Sequence record: MH460460.1
Length of the DNA stretch: 64,000 nucleotides
Direction: 5' to 3' (one strand)
Both the position numbers and the translations under genes were made by a program. Below the pieces are notes generated by a model that searched no databases, was not told where the DNA came from, and saw only the letters and a program-made list of their open reading frames with translations. Positions 39,135-48,535 of this stretch are shown here, piece by piece; the first letter of the stretch is position 1; every line of letters starts with the position of its first letter.

Positions 39135-39647
39135 ATGAACGTAAATGCTTTACTTGATTTCCAAAACGAACTGTTAAAGCCTTTCGCTCCGTCTCAGGAA
39201 TTCGCATTGATAACTCTCATCGTTCCACACACGGACGAAGAAACTGTCGTTGATTACTGTACTGAAATTCAGTACCGCTTTCCGCATGTTGCTTCGCTGT
39301 ACGATGCCTATGCAATTAAGCGCCCCGAAAATGCGATTCCTCTCATTGTTCCTGTCGCCGACAAAACAAACGTGCGTGAAGAACTGTTTGAATTGAAAGC
39401 TGGCTCTGTTGGCTTGAGCGAAGATTTTTATCTTCTCCTTTCCACGTATGTTTCTCGCGTGCCGGAACACGTAAGCTCTCCTGATGAACTGCACTTAGGT
39501 GCAAGTGATCGAATTGCGAGATTAACGCTGGATGATTTATCCGCTGCTATCATGCACGGTTTTTATTCTGGCGTACCGCCTATTGTTGGCGAAACGAAAC
39601 GAAAAAGCGCTGGTTTCTGGCGCACACTTTTTCCATCTGCTGCATAA
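39135..39647 (+). CDS. Hypothetical protein (possible paralogue of 40553..41077)
   Basis: GAGG SD. Confidence 0.65.
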   Translation: MNVNALLDFQNELLKPFAPSQEFALITLIVPHTDEETVVDYCTEIQYRFPHVASLYDAYAIKRPENAIPLIVPVADKTNVREELFELKAGSVGLSEDFYLLLSTYVSRVPEHVSSPDELHLGASDRIARLTLDDLSAAIMHGFYSGVPPIVGETKRKSAGFWRTLFPSAA

Positions 39648-39653
39648 GGAGAA

Positions 39654-39803
39654 ATGATCATGTCAGAGCGGGAAGAGTTTGAAATTTGGTTCGCACGAGA
39701 AAAAGCGCCGAAGATTGATCCGTCGCAGATATTTCTTATGCGAGAAATAATGTGGGAAGGCTGGCAAGGGAAAGCCAGCAATCTCGATCCAGATAAAAAG
39801 TGA
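39654..39803 (+). CDS. 49-aa phage microprotein (not in supplied ORF track)
   Basis: AAGGAG SD; EREEFEIWF...MWEGWQGKA. Confidence 0.55.
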   Translation: MIMSEREEFEIWFAREKAPKIDPSQIFLMREIMWEGWQGKASNLDPDKK

Positions 39804-39845
39804 TCGATGGTGAGCAAAATTCTGTCTCGCCGTTAGGAGAATAAA

Positions 39846-40553
39846 ATGGAACTGCTAACCGGTATTGAGTTTGAAGCTCGTTTAAAAAGTTTAACTGATC
39901 AGTACAATCTCGTTGAGTATCACGAATGGATTCAGAAAAACAATTCTGTTCGTGGCACTGCATTCTATCATTCGAACCTGCACATGGATGGCGTTGCGAT
40001 GTTGTGTATGGATCTTCTTCCCGAAGAAGCGCATGATGATCGCGATGCAGTTTTTTGTTTGCTCGCCGCTGCTTTGATTCACGATATGGATCATACGCTC
40101 GGTGAATATAGCGATAACGTTAATATCCAAAATGCAATTGCGGCACTCAGAGATTGGACGTGGGCTTCTCCTGCCGATTCCGATTTCAAACGTCTGTTAC
40201 CTGAAATCGAAAAGCTGATTCATATTACGGAATTTCCGTATACGCCGGATCGTGAACCTCAAACGGTTTATGAAAAAGTTCTGCGTGACTCCGATATCTT
40301 GTGGGGAATTTTGCCCGGTCGCGCCGTAACGATTGTGGAAGGGTTACGAACTGAATTGCTGCATTCGTTCCCGCAATATACAAGCGACGGCTTTCGCTTA
40401 GTCAACTTCATTTATGATCGAATCGACTTCCTTCGTTCGCTGAATTGGGCGACGGAAAAAGGAAAGAAACTTTTTGATCGTTTTATCATTCAACATAAAC
40501 TGGAAATGTTGGATTACATTAACTCAGTTAAATCATACGAGGACAGAAAATAA
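39846..40553 (+). CDS. HD-domain phosphohydrolase (class I cyclic-nucleotide PDE-like signature)
   Basis: FYHSNLH, AAALIHDMDH, LRDSDIL. Confidence 0.8.
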   Translation: MELLTGIEFEARLKSLTDQYNLVEYHEWIQKNNSVRGTAFYHSNLHMDGVAMLCMDLLPEEAHDDRDAVFCLLAAALIHDMDHTLGEYSDNVNIQNAIAALRDWTWASPADSDFKRLLPEIEKLIHITEFPYTPDREPQTVYEKVLRDSDILWGILPGRAVTIVEGLRTELLHSFPQYTSDGFRLVNFIYDRIDFLRSLNWATEKGKKLFDRFIIQHKLEMLDYINSVKSYEDRK

Positions 40554-41077
40554 TGTTCCCCATCACCAATGTAGTTGAGATTGTAGATCTTGCCGCAATT
40601 CAAAACAAACTTTGCGATGTAGCAATTCAGCGCGGAATGTTACCGCACCGAAAATCAAAATACAGCGTGTTCTTTATCCCGGTTCATCGTTCCTCAAATG
40701 AGAACGAAGTATTGGATGTGTACACTCAGGCGCTGGATCGCTTCTCGCTCAAACTGGTTACTTCAATTGCGAAATACAAGAAGCATTTTCTCCCGCTCGT
40801 TGTGCCGATTGCATATTCAGAAGATCCGTTCTTCATCCATTTGGACGGAGACGTGGTGAAGATTGAAATGCAACCATACTACAGCGAGTTAATTGGTGGT
40901 GCGGCTAACAGTAACCTCGTCTCTAAATCCCTTGTTGGTGCAATCGTGGCTAGTCATCACCGATATGATATTCCTGTCGATGAGTTTGATGGTTACTTGG
41001 AAGGAAATTTCCTACACACGATTCGCGCCAGCTTGAACCGAATAAGTTGGCCTAGAGCGGCTAAGGAGTCCAAATGA
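40553..41077 (+). CDS. Hypothetical protein
   Basis: TAATG coupling. Confidence 0.65.
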   Translation: MFPITNVVEIVDLAAIQNKLCDVAIQRGMLPHRKSKYSVFFIPVHRSSNENEVLDVYTQALDRFSLKLVTSIAKYKKHFLPLVVPIAYSEDPFFIHLDGDVVKIEMQPYYSELIGGAANSNLVSKSLVGAIVASHHRYDIPVDEFDGYLEGNFLHTIRASLNRISWPRAAKESK

Positions 41078-41529
41078 TTTACGATCCTAAAAACGGATTG
41101 TTAAATGTGGGTGACGTTGAAATGCGCACTCGTCCTGTTTTGTTTCAGCACAAACTCTGGCAGAACATGGAAGAGTATTTCAAGCAGGCTGAACACAATT
41201 TTGTTGACCGCTACAACGCGCTGAATGGAACCTCGCGTTCTGTTCTGCCTATCTCTTTCGTGTACGTTATTTCGAAAGGCGGTCATCGCGTTCGTACTTC
41301 AACGCTACTGGAAAAGTTTGGCTACGATGGCGATAAATTTAATCCAGTAGATCCGGATTACAAGTTTCTGCTTGGTGAGTTATTTTCTCGCTACACAAAA
41401 ATTCCGGCTGAACAGTGTTTTGTTCAAAGTTTCAAACTGCCTGAAAGTCGGCTGTTACTTGAAACAATCAATTTTCTCATCCTGCCTTGCGAAGATTTCT
41501 TCGTCGGCATTGTTAGCTTAGAGGGTTAA
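41074..41529 (+). CDS. Hypothetical protein
   Basis: AAGGAG SD. Confidence 0.65.
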   Translation: MIYDPKNGLLNVGDVEMRTRPVLFQHKLWQNMEEYFKQAEHNFVDRYNALNGTSRSVLPISFVYVISKGGHRVRTSTLLEKFGYDGDKFNPVDPDYKFLLGELFSRYTKIPAEQCFVQSFKLPESRLLLETINFLILPCEDFFVGIVSLEG

Positions 41530-41736
41530 ATGGAAACGATCTCTATTCGTGTAAAGCGTGCGGAAGTTCTTGTTGGGAATGGCGTTGATAAAGTATTGCT
41601 GGTTACTGAACTTCCGCTCGGTGTTGCTCCCTTCAACGATGAAGGGCAGACACTTGAATTTAAAGTTGCTGCTGGCAAGGGCGTTCTTTATGTCCAGAAG
41701 CATTTCAATCTGAATCCAAAAGTCACAAGGGTATAA
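41530..41736 (+). CDS. Small hypothetical protein
   Basis: GAGG SD. Confidence 0.55.
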   Translation: METISIRVKRAEVLVGNGVDKVLLVTELPLGVAPFNDEGQTLEFKVAAGKGVLYVQKHFNLNPKVTRV

Positions 41737-41742
41737 GCGATC

Positions 41743-42147
41743 ATGAGTAAGAATAAATCAGTTTATGATGTTCTTCTGCAACGCACACTTTCAAGCCTGT
41801 TGAATCTTAGTCAGGCTGACACGGCTACGAAGGTTTCTATCACCGTCGCCGGAAACGCGTATAAGTTTTCTCTGCCTTTTGAAAAAGAAAAAGTGCTTCG
41901 CGTTGTTGTGCGCGTAAGCGATAAAGGCAATCTGAAAATCAAAGCAACGTTAGACAAACCTGTTAAACGTTTTATCTCTGGCCTCGTTGCGATTGCTAAA
42001 GATAATATGGTTTCTTCTAACGATGGTCTACGCGACTTCACCAAAGTAAAAGACAAACTTTGGAAAGCGTATGTGAAGAAAGCCGAAGCTGAATTGCGTA
42101 GCAAGATTATTCGTTCAGCGCTGGCTTCCTACCAGTGGACAAAATAA
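41743..42147 (+). CDS. Basic hypothetical protein
   Basis: Followed by terminator. Confidence 0.6.
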   Translation: MSKNKSVYDVLLQRTLSSLLNLSQADTATKVSITVAGNAYKFSLPFEKEKVLRVVVRVSDKGNLKIKATLDKPVKRFISGLVAIAKDNMVSSNDGLRDFTKVKDKLWKAYVKKAEAELRSKIIRSALASYQWTK

Positions 42148-42148
42148 C

Positions 42149-42170
42149 GCGCTCCTGTTGGGGCGCTTTT
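42149..42170 (+). terminator. Rho-independent terminator
   Basis: GCGCTCC-TGTT-GGGGCGC-TTTT. Confidence 0.65.
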
Positions 42171-42195
42171 ACTCTCTCTTTAGGAATTGCAAATC

Positions 42196-42819
42196 ATGCG
42201 TTACGAACTGAATAAGCCTTATGTTTTCTTTGCAGCACAAACCGTTTTTGAAGATGGTCGCGTTGTTGAAAAGATGCACGCGTACCAATCAACAAATCCG
42301 AACGATGAACTGCGCGATATTAAATTTGTTGTTGCGCAGTGCAAAGAGCACCACAAAGTTCCGTGGGATCAAGATCCGAAAGGCGAAAAGAAATACGATG
42401 GTTTTATTTTCGAACTGCCTGATGGTGAAAAAGCAACGAACCAGTATCCGCACGCCAGCTACGGTCAAATGTCTGACACTGCTGATGGTGTTATTTCTCT
42501 GCTCTCACATTACTACGAAAAGTTCGACAAAGACTTTGATAAGATTTCCGAAGCCGATGTTTATATCGAATACTTTTCTTTCCAGCGCCATATGGAAGCA
42601 TTGGAGTCGGCGATTTATAAGTTTTCGCCGGAAGGAGATCGAAGCGATCCGGAGTATCACGCCAAACTGGTTGAGCGTCGCAATCTGCTGATTTCAGAAC
42701 TGGCGAAACAGCTTAATATGACAATCCAATTCTCGCAGTACAGCGTGACAACCAAAGACGGCAGCGTTATCGCGCCTCCCGGATTATATCGCTCAGAGTT
42801 GGCTCCACTCTGCAAATAA
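42196..42819 (+). CDS. Hypothetical phage protein
   Basis: Ends in L-C-K-stop encoded by promoter element. Confidence 0.7.
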   Translation: MRYELNKPYVFFAAQTVFEDGRVVEKMHAYQSTNPNDELRDIKFVVAQCKEHHKVPWDQDPKGEKKYDGFIFELPDGEKATNQYPHASYGQMSDTADGVISLLSHYYEKFDKDFDKISEADVYIEYFSFQRHMEALESAIYKFSPEGDRSDPEYHAKLVERRNLLISELAKQLNMTIQFSQYSVTTKDGSVIAPPGLYRSELAPLCK

Positions 42820-42864
42820 GTGTCTGAAATACCGCTGGTAACATATACGCCTTTTCTGTAAACT
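42808..42864 (+). promoter_or_regulatory. Class-E promoter (variant)
   Basis: CTCTGCAAA, TGTCTGAAAT at 42821; TAAACT at 42859. Confidence 0.7.
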
Positions 42865-42919
42865 AAGGGAAAGGCGTTTCCTATCTCAAATCACATAATA
42901 GACTGCAAGGAGTTCTATA

Positions 42920-43525
42920 ATGTTCGCAATCAAAACCGTAACCGACCTGAACAACCTGATCGAACTGCAAGACGCTGTACTGTCCGAAGTGTTGGGGAAA
43001 TCTTCCGATATGCGTTTGAACAAATACCAATGGAATTTGGATTTGTACAAACATAAATGGACGATGATTAAAGTTCCGGTTGAGGTTTACGGTTTTCATG
43101 ATGTTGAAGAAACAAATATGCGTTTGCATTTTGTTCGTCATTATCTGAAAAACTCACATTCGTTTTTGAAGAGTATTGTTTCGCCTCGCCGTGTTTCATT
43201 ATCTGGAAAATGGATTCCGTTTTTCATGCCGGGAGGTTTTGATTTTAGCAATGCCGTTCGATTGACGAACGACAACGAAAATATTTTGTCGGGCGTTTCC
43301 CCTGCGGGTCGTGCATTTCTCGAATGCAGTATCAATCCTCTTTTTCGTACAGAGTGGATGCTGGAAGATATCGTGAGCGCAATCGTGTGGGCGAAAGTTC
43401 AATACAACTTAACGCCTGAAACTTTTAATGTGGATGTGTTTAGCGCATCACATGCAATTCTTCATTACGTGCGCAAAGTCCTCTGGTCTTTCGCCAATCC
43501 AAAGTTTAAAAAGGCACACGCATGA
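42920..43525 (+). CDS. Hypothetical protein
   Basis: AAGGAG SD; first gene after class-E promoter. Confidence 0.7.
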   Translation: MFAIKTVTDLNNLIELQDAVLSEVLGKSSDMRLNKYQWNLDLYKHKWTMIKVPVEVYGFHDVEETNMRLHFVRHYLKNSHSFLKSIVSPRRVSLSGKWIPFFMPGGFDFSNAVRLTNDNENILSGVSPAGRAFLECSINPLFRTEWMLEDIVSAIVWAKVQYNLTPETFNVDVFSASHAILHYVRKVLWSFANPKFKKAHA

Positions 43526-43698
43526 GTATCTCGGAAAAACTTGCAGAACTGCAACGCAAAGGCAAGATTATTTTTCCTACCGGAATTGATTTAGGTGACT
43601 TCGAATTTGCTGCACGTATGCGCGGAATTCAATTCACAAAAACAAACGTAGAAACATCCACACGCACCGTCGTTCGATATAAGGTAACTGCACAATGA
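43522..43698 (+). CDS. 58-aa hypothetical protein (not in supplied ORF track)
   Basis: ATGA overlaps at both ends. Confidence 0.5.
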   Translation: MSISEKLAELQRKGKIIFPTGIDLGDFEFAARMRGIQFTKTNVETSTRTVVRYKVTAQ

Positions 43699-44102
43699 AA
43701 GTTTTAGATTTAGATAAATTTAAAGGCACGTTGGCGCAATACGCAGCGGCTCGCAAGGTTGAAGAAATTTTCTCGCAGGTTGATCAACACATGCAGCGCA
43801 ACGGCGCGATTGCTTTTACTGTTCCGATGGATGAGTTTTTCGCAAACGGTTCGGATGTTGAAATTGTTTGCGGTCAAGGTGCGATGGTTGATCACCTTTG
43901 GGATGAAGCTGAAACAACCGCGTGCATCAATCGCGTACTGGCTTCTCCTGAATTCGCCAACTGGTTCGGCGGCTGGCTGGTAGCAGATGGAACGGAGTAC
44001 ATGAAGAAGCACGCTGTACTCAAATCAGAAATGCCGGATCAAAAAATCTTTGTCTTCATTCCAGAAATTCCGGTTCTTTCGTTGAAACAAATTTTGAGTT
44101 GA
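43695..44102 (+). CDS. Hypothetical protein
   Basis: ATGA overlap. Confidence 0.65.
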   Translation: MKVLDLDKFKGTLAQYAAARKVEEIFSQVDQHMQRNGAIAFTVPMDEFFANGSDVEIVCGQGAMVDHLWDEAETTACINRVLASPEFANWFGGWLVADGTEYMKKHAVLKSEMPDQKIFVFIPEIPVLSLKQILS

Positions 44103-44112
44103 GGGAAGTAAA

Positions 44113-44946
44113 ATGTCTGCTGTAACAAGTCAGAACGATTTTGATGCAGTGCGTACTGCGCTGGAGAGCATTTTAAAAGCTAATGAAGATGCTCGCCGTG
44201 GATTGTACGAGAAGGGTGAGTTGTTTAACGACAACTTTTTGAAGTTTTCCGTTTCTGATTTACATAAAAGTTTGCAGAATACTCCGCGTAGAAAACTGCC
44301 TCAGATTGTTGAGAAAGTTTTAGGCGATTTCAACTTTAGAGCAATTCACGGAGATTGGGCGCTCGTTAAACACGATGCTCCCGACTTCACTTTAATTGAA
44401 TTGCCTCACTCTGCAACGAATGTCGTTGGCGTTACTTTTTCAAAAGATTCTTATAAAGGAAAACTTGTCGAGTTAGGCGATACTGATTTTGCGGAACCTG
44501 TCGTTAAGGAGAAAGTAAAACCTCCTGCTAAACAGCGAACGAAAAAAGTTATCGCTAAGAAGGAAGAAGTAAAAAGTAATTCCGTTGTTCAGGAAGAAGT
44601 TGAACCTGAACATGTAGAGAATGCTCCTGCCTCTGTATTGGAAGTTAAAAAGAGAAGGGCGGCTGTTGAAAAACTTTCACCGGAAGATCGGCGTCAGTCT
44701 TCTGGCACTTATCAACAATTAAAATTCGTTTTGCTTTCTATGACAAAAGAAACGCTAGACGTTTTGGCAGAAACATTGAACATTGGCGAGTTGGAACCTA
44801 CGGTGCGCGGGGCGGTAGAAGATATTCTCCGCTTCATGGATTTCGAATCTATTCGCGATGCAGCGGATAATATGGGAATCACACTGAAAGCTCGCAACAA
44901 CGCAGACGCAGCATTGTTAGAATTTCTAATCGTCCAATCTAAATAA
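44113..44946 (+). CDS. Protein with winged-helix-like N domain and two C-terminal HeH-like modules
   Basis: Paralogue of 46401..47144. Confidence 0.7.
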   Translation: MSAVTSQNDFDAVRTALESILKANEDARRGLYEKGELFNDNFLKFSVSDLHKSLQNTPRRKLPQIVEKVLGDFNFRAIHGDWALVKHDAPDFTLIELPHSATNVVGVTFSKDSYKGKLVELGDTDFAEPVVKEKVKPPAKQRTKKVIAKKEEVKSNSVVQEEVEPEHVENAPASVLEVKKRRAAVEKLSPEDRRQSSGTYQQLKFVLLSMTKETLDVLAETLNIGELEPTVRGAVEDILRFMDFESIRDAADNMGITLKARNNADAALLEFLIVQSK

Positions 44947-44962
44947 ACCCGTGGAGAGAATC

Positions 44963-45745
44963 ATGTTAACCATTCAGCGTAAAACCAGTTTCAGCGGCAT
45001 CACCTTTTCTTTTATGCGCAACGGCAAACTGATTGCCGCGCATGTTTCCGGCCTGCTGCTTTCTCAGGCAATTGCAAAAATGTATGGCAGCTCAATGACC
45101 GTCTGCATTCAGTACAAAGACGGTCGCGAAGTTGAGGATCAAGTAATCATGCGCCGTGTGGTGCAAGCCGATCCTATGCAGGATTCCGAATCTTTTATTG
45201 ATATGTGCTTGTGCTTGGATTTGGGTACAGCGTTCGCCGAAGTTCCGTTGATTGCTATGCGCAGCAAAACGAAACCGGAAGAGAAAGCTGTTAAGCGCGT
45301 TATTGTTCGCGATGCGGATCGCATGGAGAAATTTTTAATAGAACAGCGTGACGCGATTGAATTGCAGTCACTCTACGAATTCCTCGTTGATAGCGAACTG
45401 CGAAACGTTCGCCATGTTGTTCGCTTCCTCGGCCTGACTGTTGAGGGCGGCACCGAAGTTGAAGATCACGCCGACGAGATTATCGAAGTTCCTCGCGCTG
45501 TATGGCATGAGCAATTCCTTGCCAACGAAATGAAGTTAGACGCAGACGCGCCTCTTGTTACTCTGGCGCAGGAAGCAATCTTCTTCATGGAAAATAAACA
45601 TCGCGTTGATGCGTCTCTGTCTTTTGACGATGACGAAGATTTTGACTTCGAAGATGAAACAGAAATTTTCTCCGAAGAGTTCGACGGCGACAACATCGAA
45701 GAAACAATTCTTTCCGACGATAGCAGTCTGGAAGAAGACGCGTAA
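44963..45745 (+). CDS. Hypothetical protein with acidic tail
   Basis: GGAG SD before ATG 44963. Confidence 0.7.
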   Translation: MLTIQRKTSFSGITFSFMRNGKLIAAHVSGLLLSQAIAKMYGSSMTVCIQYKDGREVEDQVIMRRVVQADPMQDSESFIDMCLCLDLGTAFAEVPLIAMRSKTKPEEKAVKRVIVRDADRMEKFLIEQRDAIELQSLYEFLVDSELRNVRHVVRFLGLTVEGGTEVEDHADEIIEVPRAVWHEQFLANEMKLDADAPLVTLAQEAIFFMENKHRVDASLSFDDDEDFDFEDETEIFSEEFDGDNIEETILSDDSSLEEDA

Positions 45746-45899
45746 GAATTAGATTGTGCATTTTAGAGCGAATTGCTCTAGGCTTGAATTTGGATTTCCC
45801 CTTACTGCGAAGGAATGCGGTGTTTAAATTCAAGCCAACTTTTTATGTTTCTTTGCGAGGGAACATAAACGGTTCAACCACACAAAGAGAGGCTACGCT

Positions 45900-46250
45900 G
45901 TGAAAACTATCAAATTCCATTTTGGCGCAAGCCAGTTAAACACACTCACGCTTAACCGCAATGCGATTCAATCAGAATCGCAGGTTAAACAGATTCTGAA
46001 TATCCTGATGTGTCCTGCTCGCGTTTGGGAAGCGATTGTCTCTAACGACAACGTAAAGCAGGTTACGCTTTTTAATAGTGCCTCTGAAATGGCTCCTTAC
46101 GTTTCGCCGCATAAATCCATTCACCATTTGGACAGAAACAGCGATACCTTTATCGAAGATTTCCGGGCGCTGCTTTCTTCTCATAACGGCGTCTACCTAA
46201 ACGGCACCGATATTCAAGTGCTGGCTTTAGGCGAAGATGAGATCGAATAA
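45900..46250 (+). CDS. Hypothetical protein
   Basis: GAGG SD, GTG start, after structured leader. Confidence 0.6.
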   Translation: MKTIKFHFGASQLNTLTLNRNAIQSESQVKQILNILMCPARVWEAIVSNDNVKQVTLFNSASEMAPYVSPHKSIHHLDRNSDTFIEDFRALLSSHNGVYLNGTDIQVLALGEDEIE

Positions 46251-46307
46251 CTCTGCAAAACAGTGTCCAAAATAGCGATGGCATTTCGGCACTGAAATCT
46301 GTAAACT
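46251..46307 (+). promoter_or_regulatory. Class-E promoter
   Basis: CTCTGCAAA, TGTCCAAAAT at 46264; TAAACT at 46302. Confidence 0.75.
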
Positions 46308-46400
46308 GTAGTCAGAGGCAAATGGCCTCAACAAGCGTGTAAGGATTTACGGGGTTTTCACCTTACATGCTTTCAACGTAAATCCCAAAGGAAATAAATC

Positions 46401-47144
46401 ATGCCTAACGAAAAAACTTCTGTTCCTTCTCGCAAAGAATTCGCGGCATCTAGAGCGGCGGCAAAGAAAGTGAAATCTGCTCCTGCTTCTGTTCGTGCGA
46501 AAAATTCAACGAAAGATGTTAGTCGCGAAACTGACGCTGATCGTTTGGATAAATTTGTGATTGCGGTTCTGGAAGAATGGCGTGTAGCCAAAGAGAATAA
46601 TCTCGCTGGCTCCGATCAAAACATCATCAAAGTGAGTATGCGCGAAATCAAGTTGCTCATGTCTCGAACTTTGAAAAACACGCGTGTATCTCGGCTGCAC
46701 GATCTGATTAACGATACGTTATCCGGATTGAACATCGCTGAGGTTTACGGTTCGTGGGTGTTCGTTGATTGGGATTCTCCAGACTGTCTGTTTATCCAAC
46801 TGCCGAAAACATCGACCAACGCGATTCGTGTTCGCGTTGCCAGTAAAGCGGGAAGCGCTGAATTCTCGCTCCAAAAATCCACTGAGCAATTGATTGAAGA
46901 TCGATTCCGTGTGGAAGAGGACGAGGACGAAAATCAAACCGTTGTCGATGACGGAGACATTGATCGTGAATATGACGGTCGCCCTGAGAATGTTCGTAAG
47001 ACAGAGAAGCAATTGCGGTCTTGGACGCTTGAGCAATTACAAAACTTCGTAATTGAAAACAAGATTGAAGTCTGGGCCGGTGCGGATTATAACTACGAGA
47101 CACTTCTTGTTGCCGTGTTGGATTTCAAAACTAAACAGGCATAA
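46401..47144 (+). CDS. Protein with basic N-tail, winged-helix-like domain and C-terminal HeH-like module
   Basis: Paralogue of 44113..44946. Confidence 0.7.
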   Translation: MPNEKTSVPSRKEFAASRAAAKKVKSAPASVRAKNSTKDVSRETDADRLDKFVIAVLEEWRVAKENNLAGSDQNIIKVSMREIKLLMSRTLKNTRVSRLHDLINDTLSGLNIAEVYGSWVFVDWDSPDCLFIQLPKTSTNAIRVRVASKAGSAEFSLQKSTEQLIEDRFRVEEDEDENQTVVDDGDIDREYDGRPENVRKTEKQLRSWTLEQLQNFVIENKIEVWAGADYNYETLLVAVLDFKTKQA

Positions 47145-47152
47145 TTGATTAC

Positions 47153-47179
47153 GGGTGGCACTTCGGTGCTGCCCTTTTT
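47153..47179 (+). terminator. Rho-independent terminator
   Basis: GGGTGGCAC-TTCG-GTGCTGCCC-TTTTT. Confidence 0.8.
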
Positions 47180-47199
47180 AAATTTCTGGAGAAATTTTT

Positions 47200-47730
47200 A
47201 TGAAATTCCGTAATGCCGAAAACGTTGCTGCTTTGCTTGTGTTGAATCTGAAAACATACAGCGACGAGAAAGAAAAAGATTTAAAACGCGTTCTTATCGG
47301 CGCAAGCAATCTCGCTGAACTGTTTGGCTACACAAACAACTATATTGAACCTGAGAAACTTAAAGAACTTGAGTTTCATTTGCGCCAGCGCGGTTATCTG
47401 TTCTTCGTTTTTGAAAGCGGTATATATGGAATGCTCCGTATCTCTACGCTGGCAAACTGGCCTCGCATTGCAATGTCACGCATTGAGGCGGCGTTAGATT
47501 TGCCGCTGGAAGATATTGAATCGCTAATCAATGCAGATTCAAATGATCAAGGTGTTCCGCTCGATAAAGAAAATGATCTCTATCCTAATACGTGGAGTTT
47601 TGATCGTATCCAACAATACTTTTTCAAACATCTTACTGATTTGGATATTAGCGCGTACACAACTCGGCAAGCGGCCTGCTTAGTTCAAAGGCATATGCGC
47701 AAACACAATATCGTTCCGGCGAAGGGTTAA
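47200..47730 (+). CDS. Hypothetical protein, possible winged-helix-like
   Basis: GGAG SD. Confidence 0.65.
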   Translation: MKFRNAENVAALLVLNLKTYSDEKEKDLKRVLIGASNLAELFGYTNNYIEPEKLKELEFHLRQRGYLFFVFESGIYGMLRISTLANWPRIAMSRIEAALDLPLEDIESLINADSNDQGVPLDKENDLYPNTWSFDRIQQYFFKHLTDLDISAYTTRQAACLVQRHMRKHNIVPAKG

Positions 47731-47735
47731 AAATC

Positions 47736-48113
47736 ATGGGATACATTGATCAGCTTGTTTCAAATCACAATCTGTCTGCGCAAGAGCGTCGCCAGAAATA
47801 CAGCACGTTCGTAGCCAAAACCGCGCCTAAAAAATCCGGCGATGTTGTTCGTATTGATCTGATTCGTGCGATGGCTTTTGTTGGTGAAACGAATTTTAGT
47901 GAAGAGGCGCAGTTGAAATTCGTTTCTGATTACAACTCGGTGCTTTCGTATGAAGAACATCCGTGCTTCATGTATCGCACAATCGAAGGTGAATACGCGC
48001 ACCGCAATTGCAGACACGTCACTTACGTTGTTCGTTTACCGAAACGCGGTGATAAAATTTCAGAAGCGATGATTGATGACGGTTCGATCATCGTTGGTGG
48101 GAGTAAATTCTGA
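47736..48113 (+). CDS. Hypothetical protein
   Basis: Packed ORF. Confidence 0.6.
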   Translation: MGYIDQLVSNHNLSAQERRQKYSTFVAKTAPKKSGDVVRIDLIRAMAFVGETNFSEEAQLKFVSDYNSVLSYEEHPCFMYRTIEGEYAHRNCRHVTYVVRLPKRGDKISEAMIDDGSIIVGGSKF

Positions 48114-48478
48114 TGCCAACAATCGAAGAAGTAAAAAACAGCGCAACCATTTATCAGTTTCTACACAATCCTTATGGTGTAGTTCGCGCCGGAACCTACA
48201 AGCCAAATCTTTTGGATTGTTGGGCGTTGGTTGTCGATACCATTCCGAAATGCTTTATCGCGCTTTGGGGAAAGATGTGTGAATTAAGCTGGCATATGTC
48301 GATTCGCCGTCTGCTTATTTGGTTGCTGTTTATGCCGTTCTGGATTCTGATTGTTGTGCCAATGCCGCTCACTTTCTGGATTTGGGGAACGTATGTTTAT
48401 TTCTACATGCGCGGCGAACCTGAGCGCCATAAGAAAGTTCAGGAACGTCTTAACCGGAAGTTAGATTCTCTAGTGTAG
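48113..48478 (+). CDS. Membrane protein
   Basis: TGATG coupling; hydrophobic hairpin. Confidence 0.6.
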   Translation: MPTIEEVKNSATIYQFLHNPYGVVRAGTYKPNLLDCWALVVDTIPKCFIALWGKMCELSWHMSIRRLLIWLLFMPFWILIVVPMPLTFWIWGTYVYFYMRGEPERHKKVQERLNRKLDSLV

Positions 48479-48534
48479 TCTGCAAAATAGTGTCCAAAAT
48501 TTCGGTGGTTTTTGCCGCCTCGTTTTGATACACT
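48478..48534 (+). promoter_or_regulatory. Class-E promoter
   Basis: TGTCCAAAAT at 48491; TACACT at 48529. Confidence 0.75.
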
Positions 48535-48535
48535 A

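Noticed and set aside
45781-45840. tRNA-like element (stem ending ...GCCA)
   Set aside because: Only about 56 nt, no cloverleaf or TTCGA loop; kept only as a structured region
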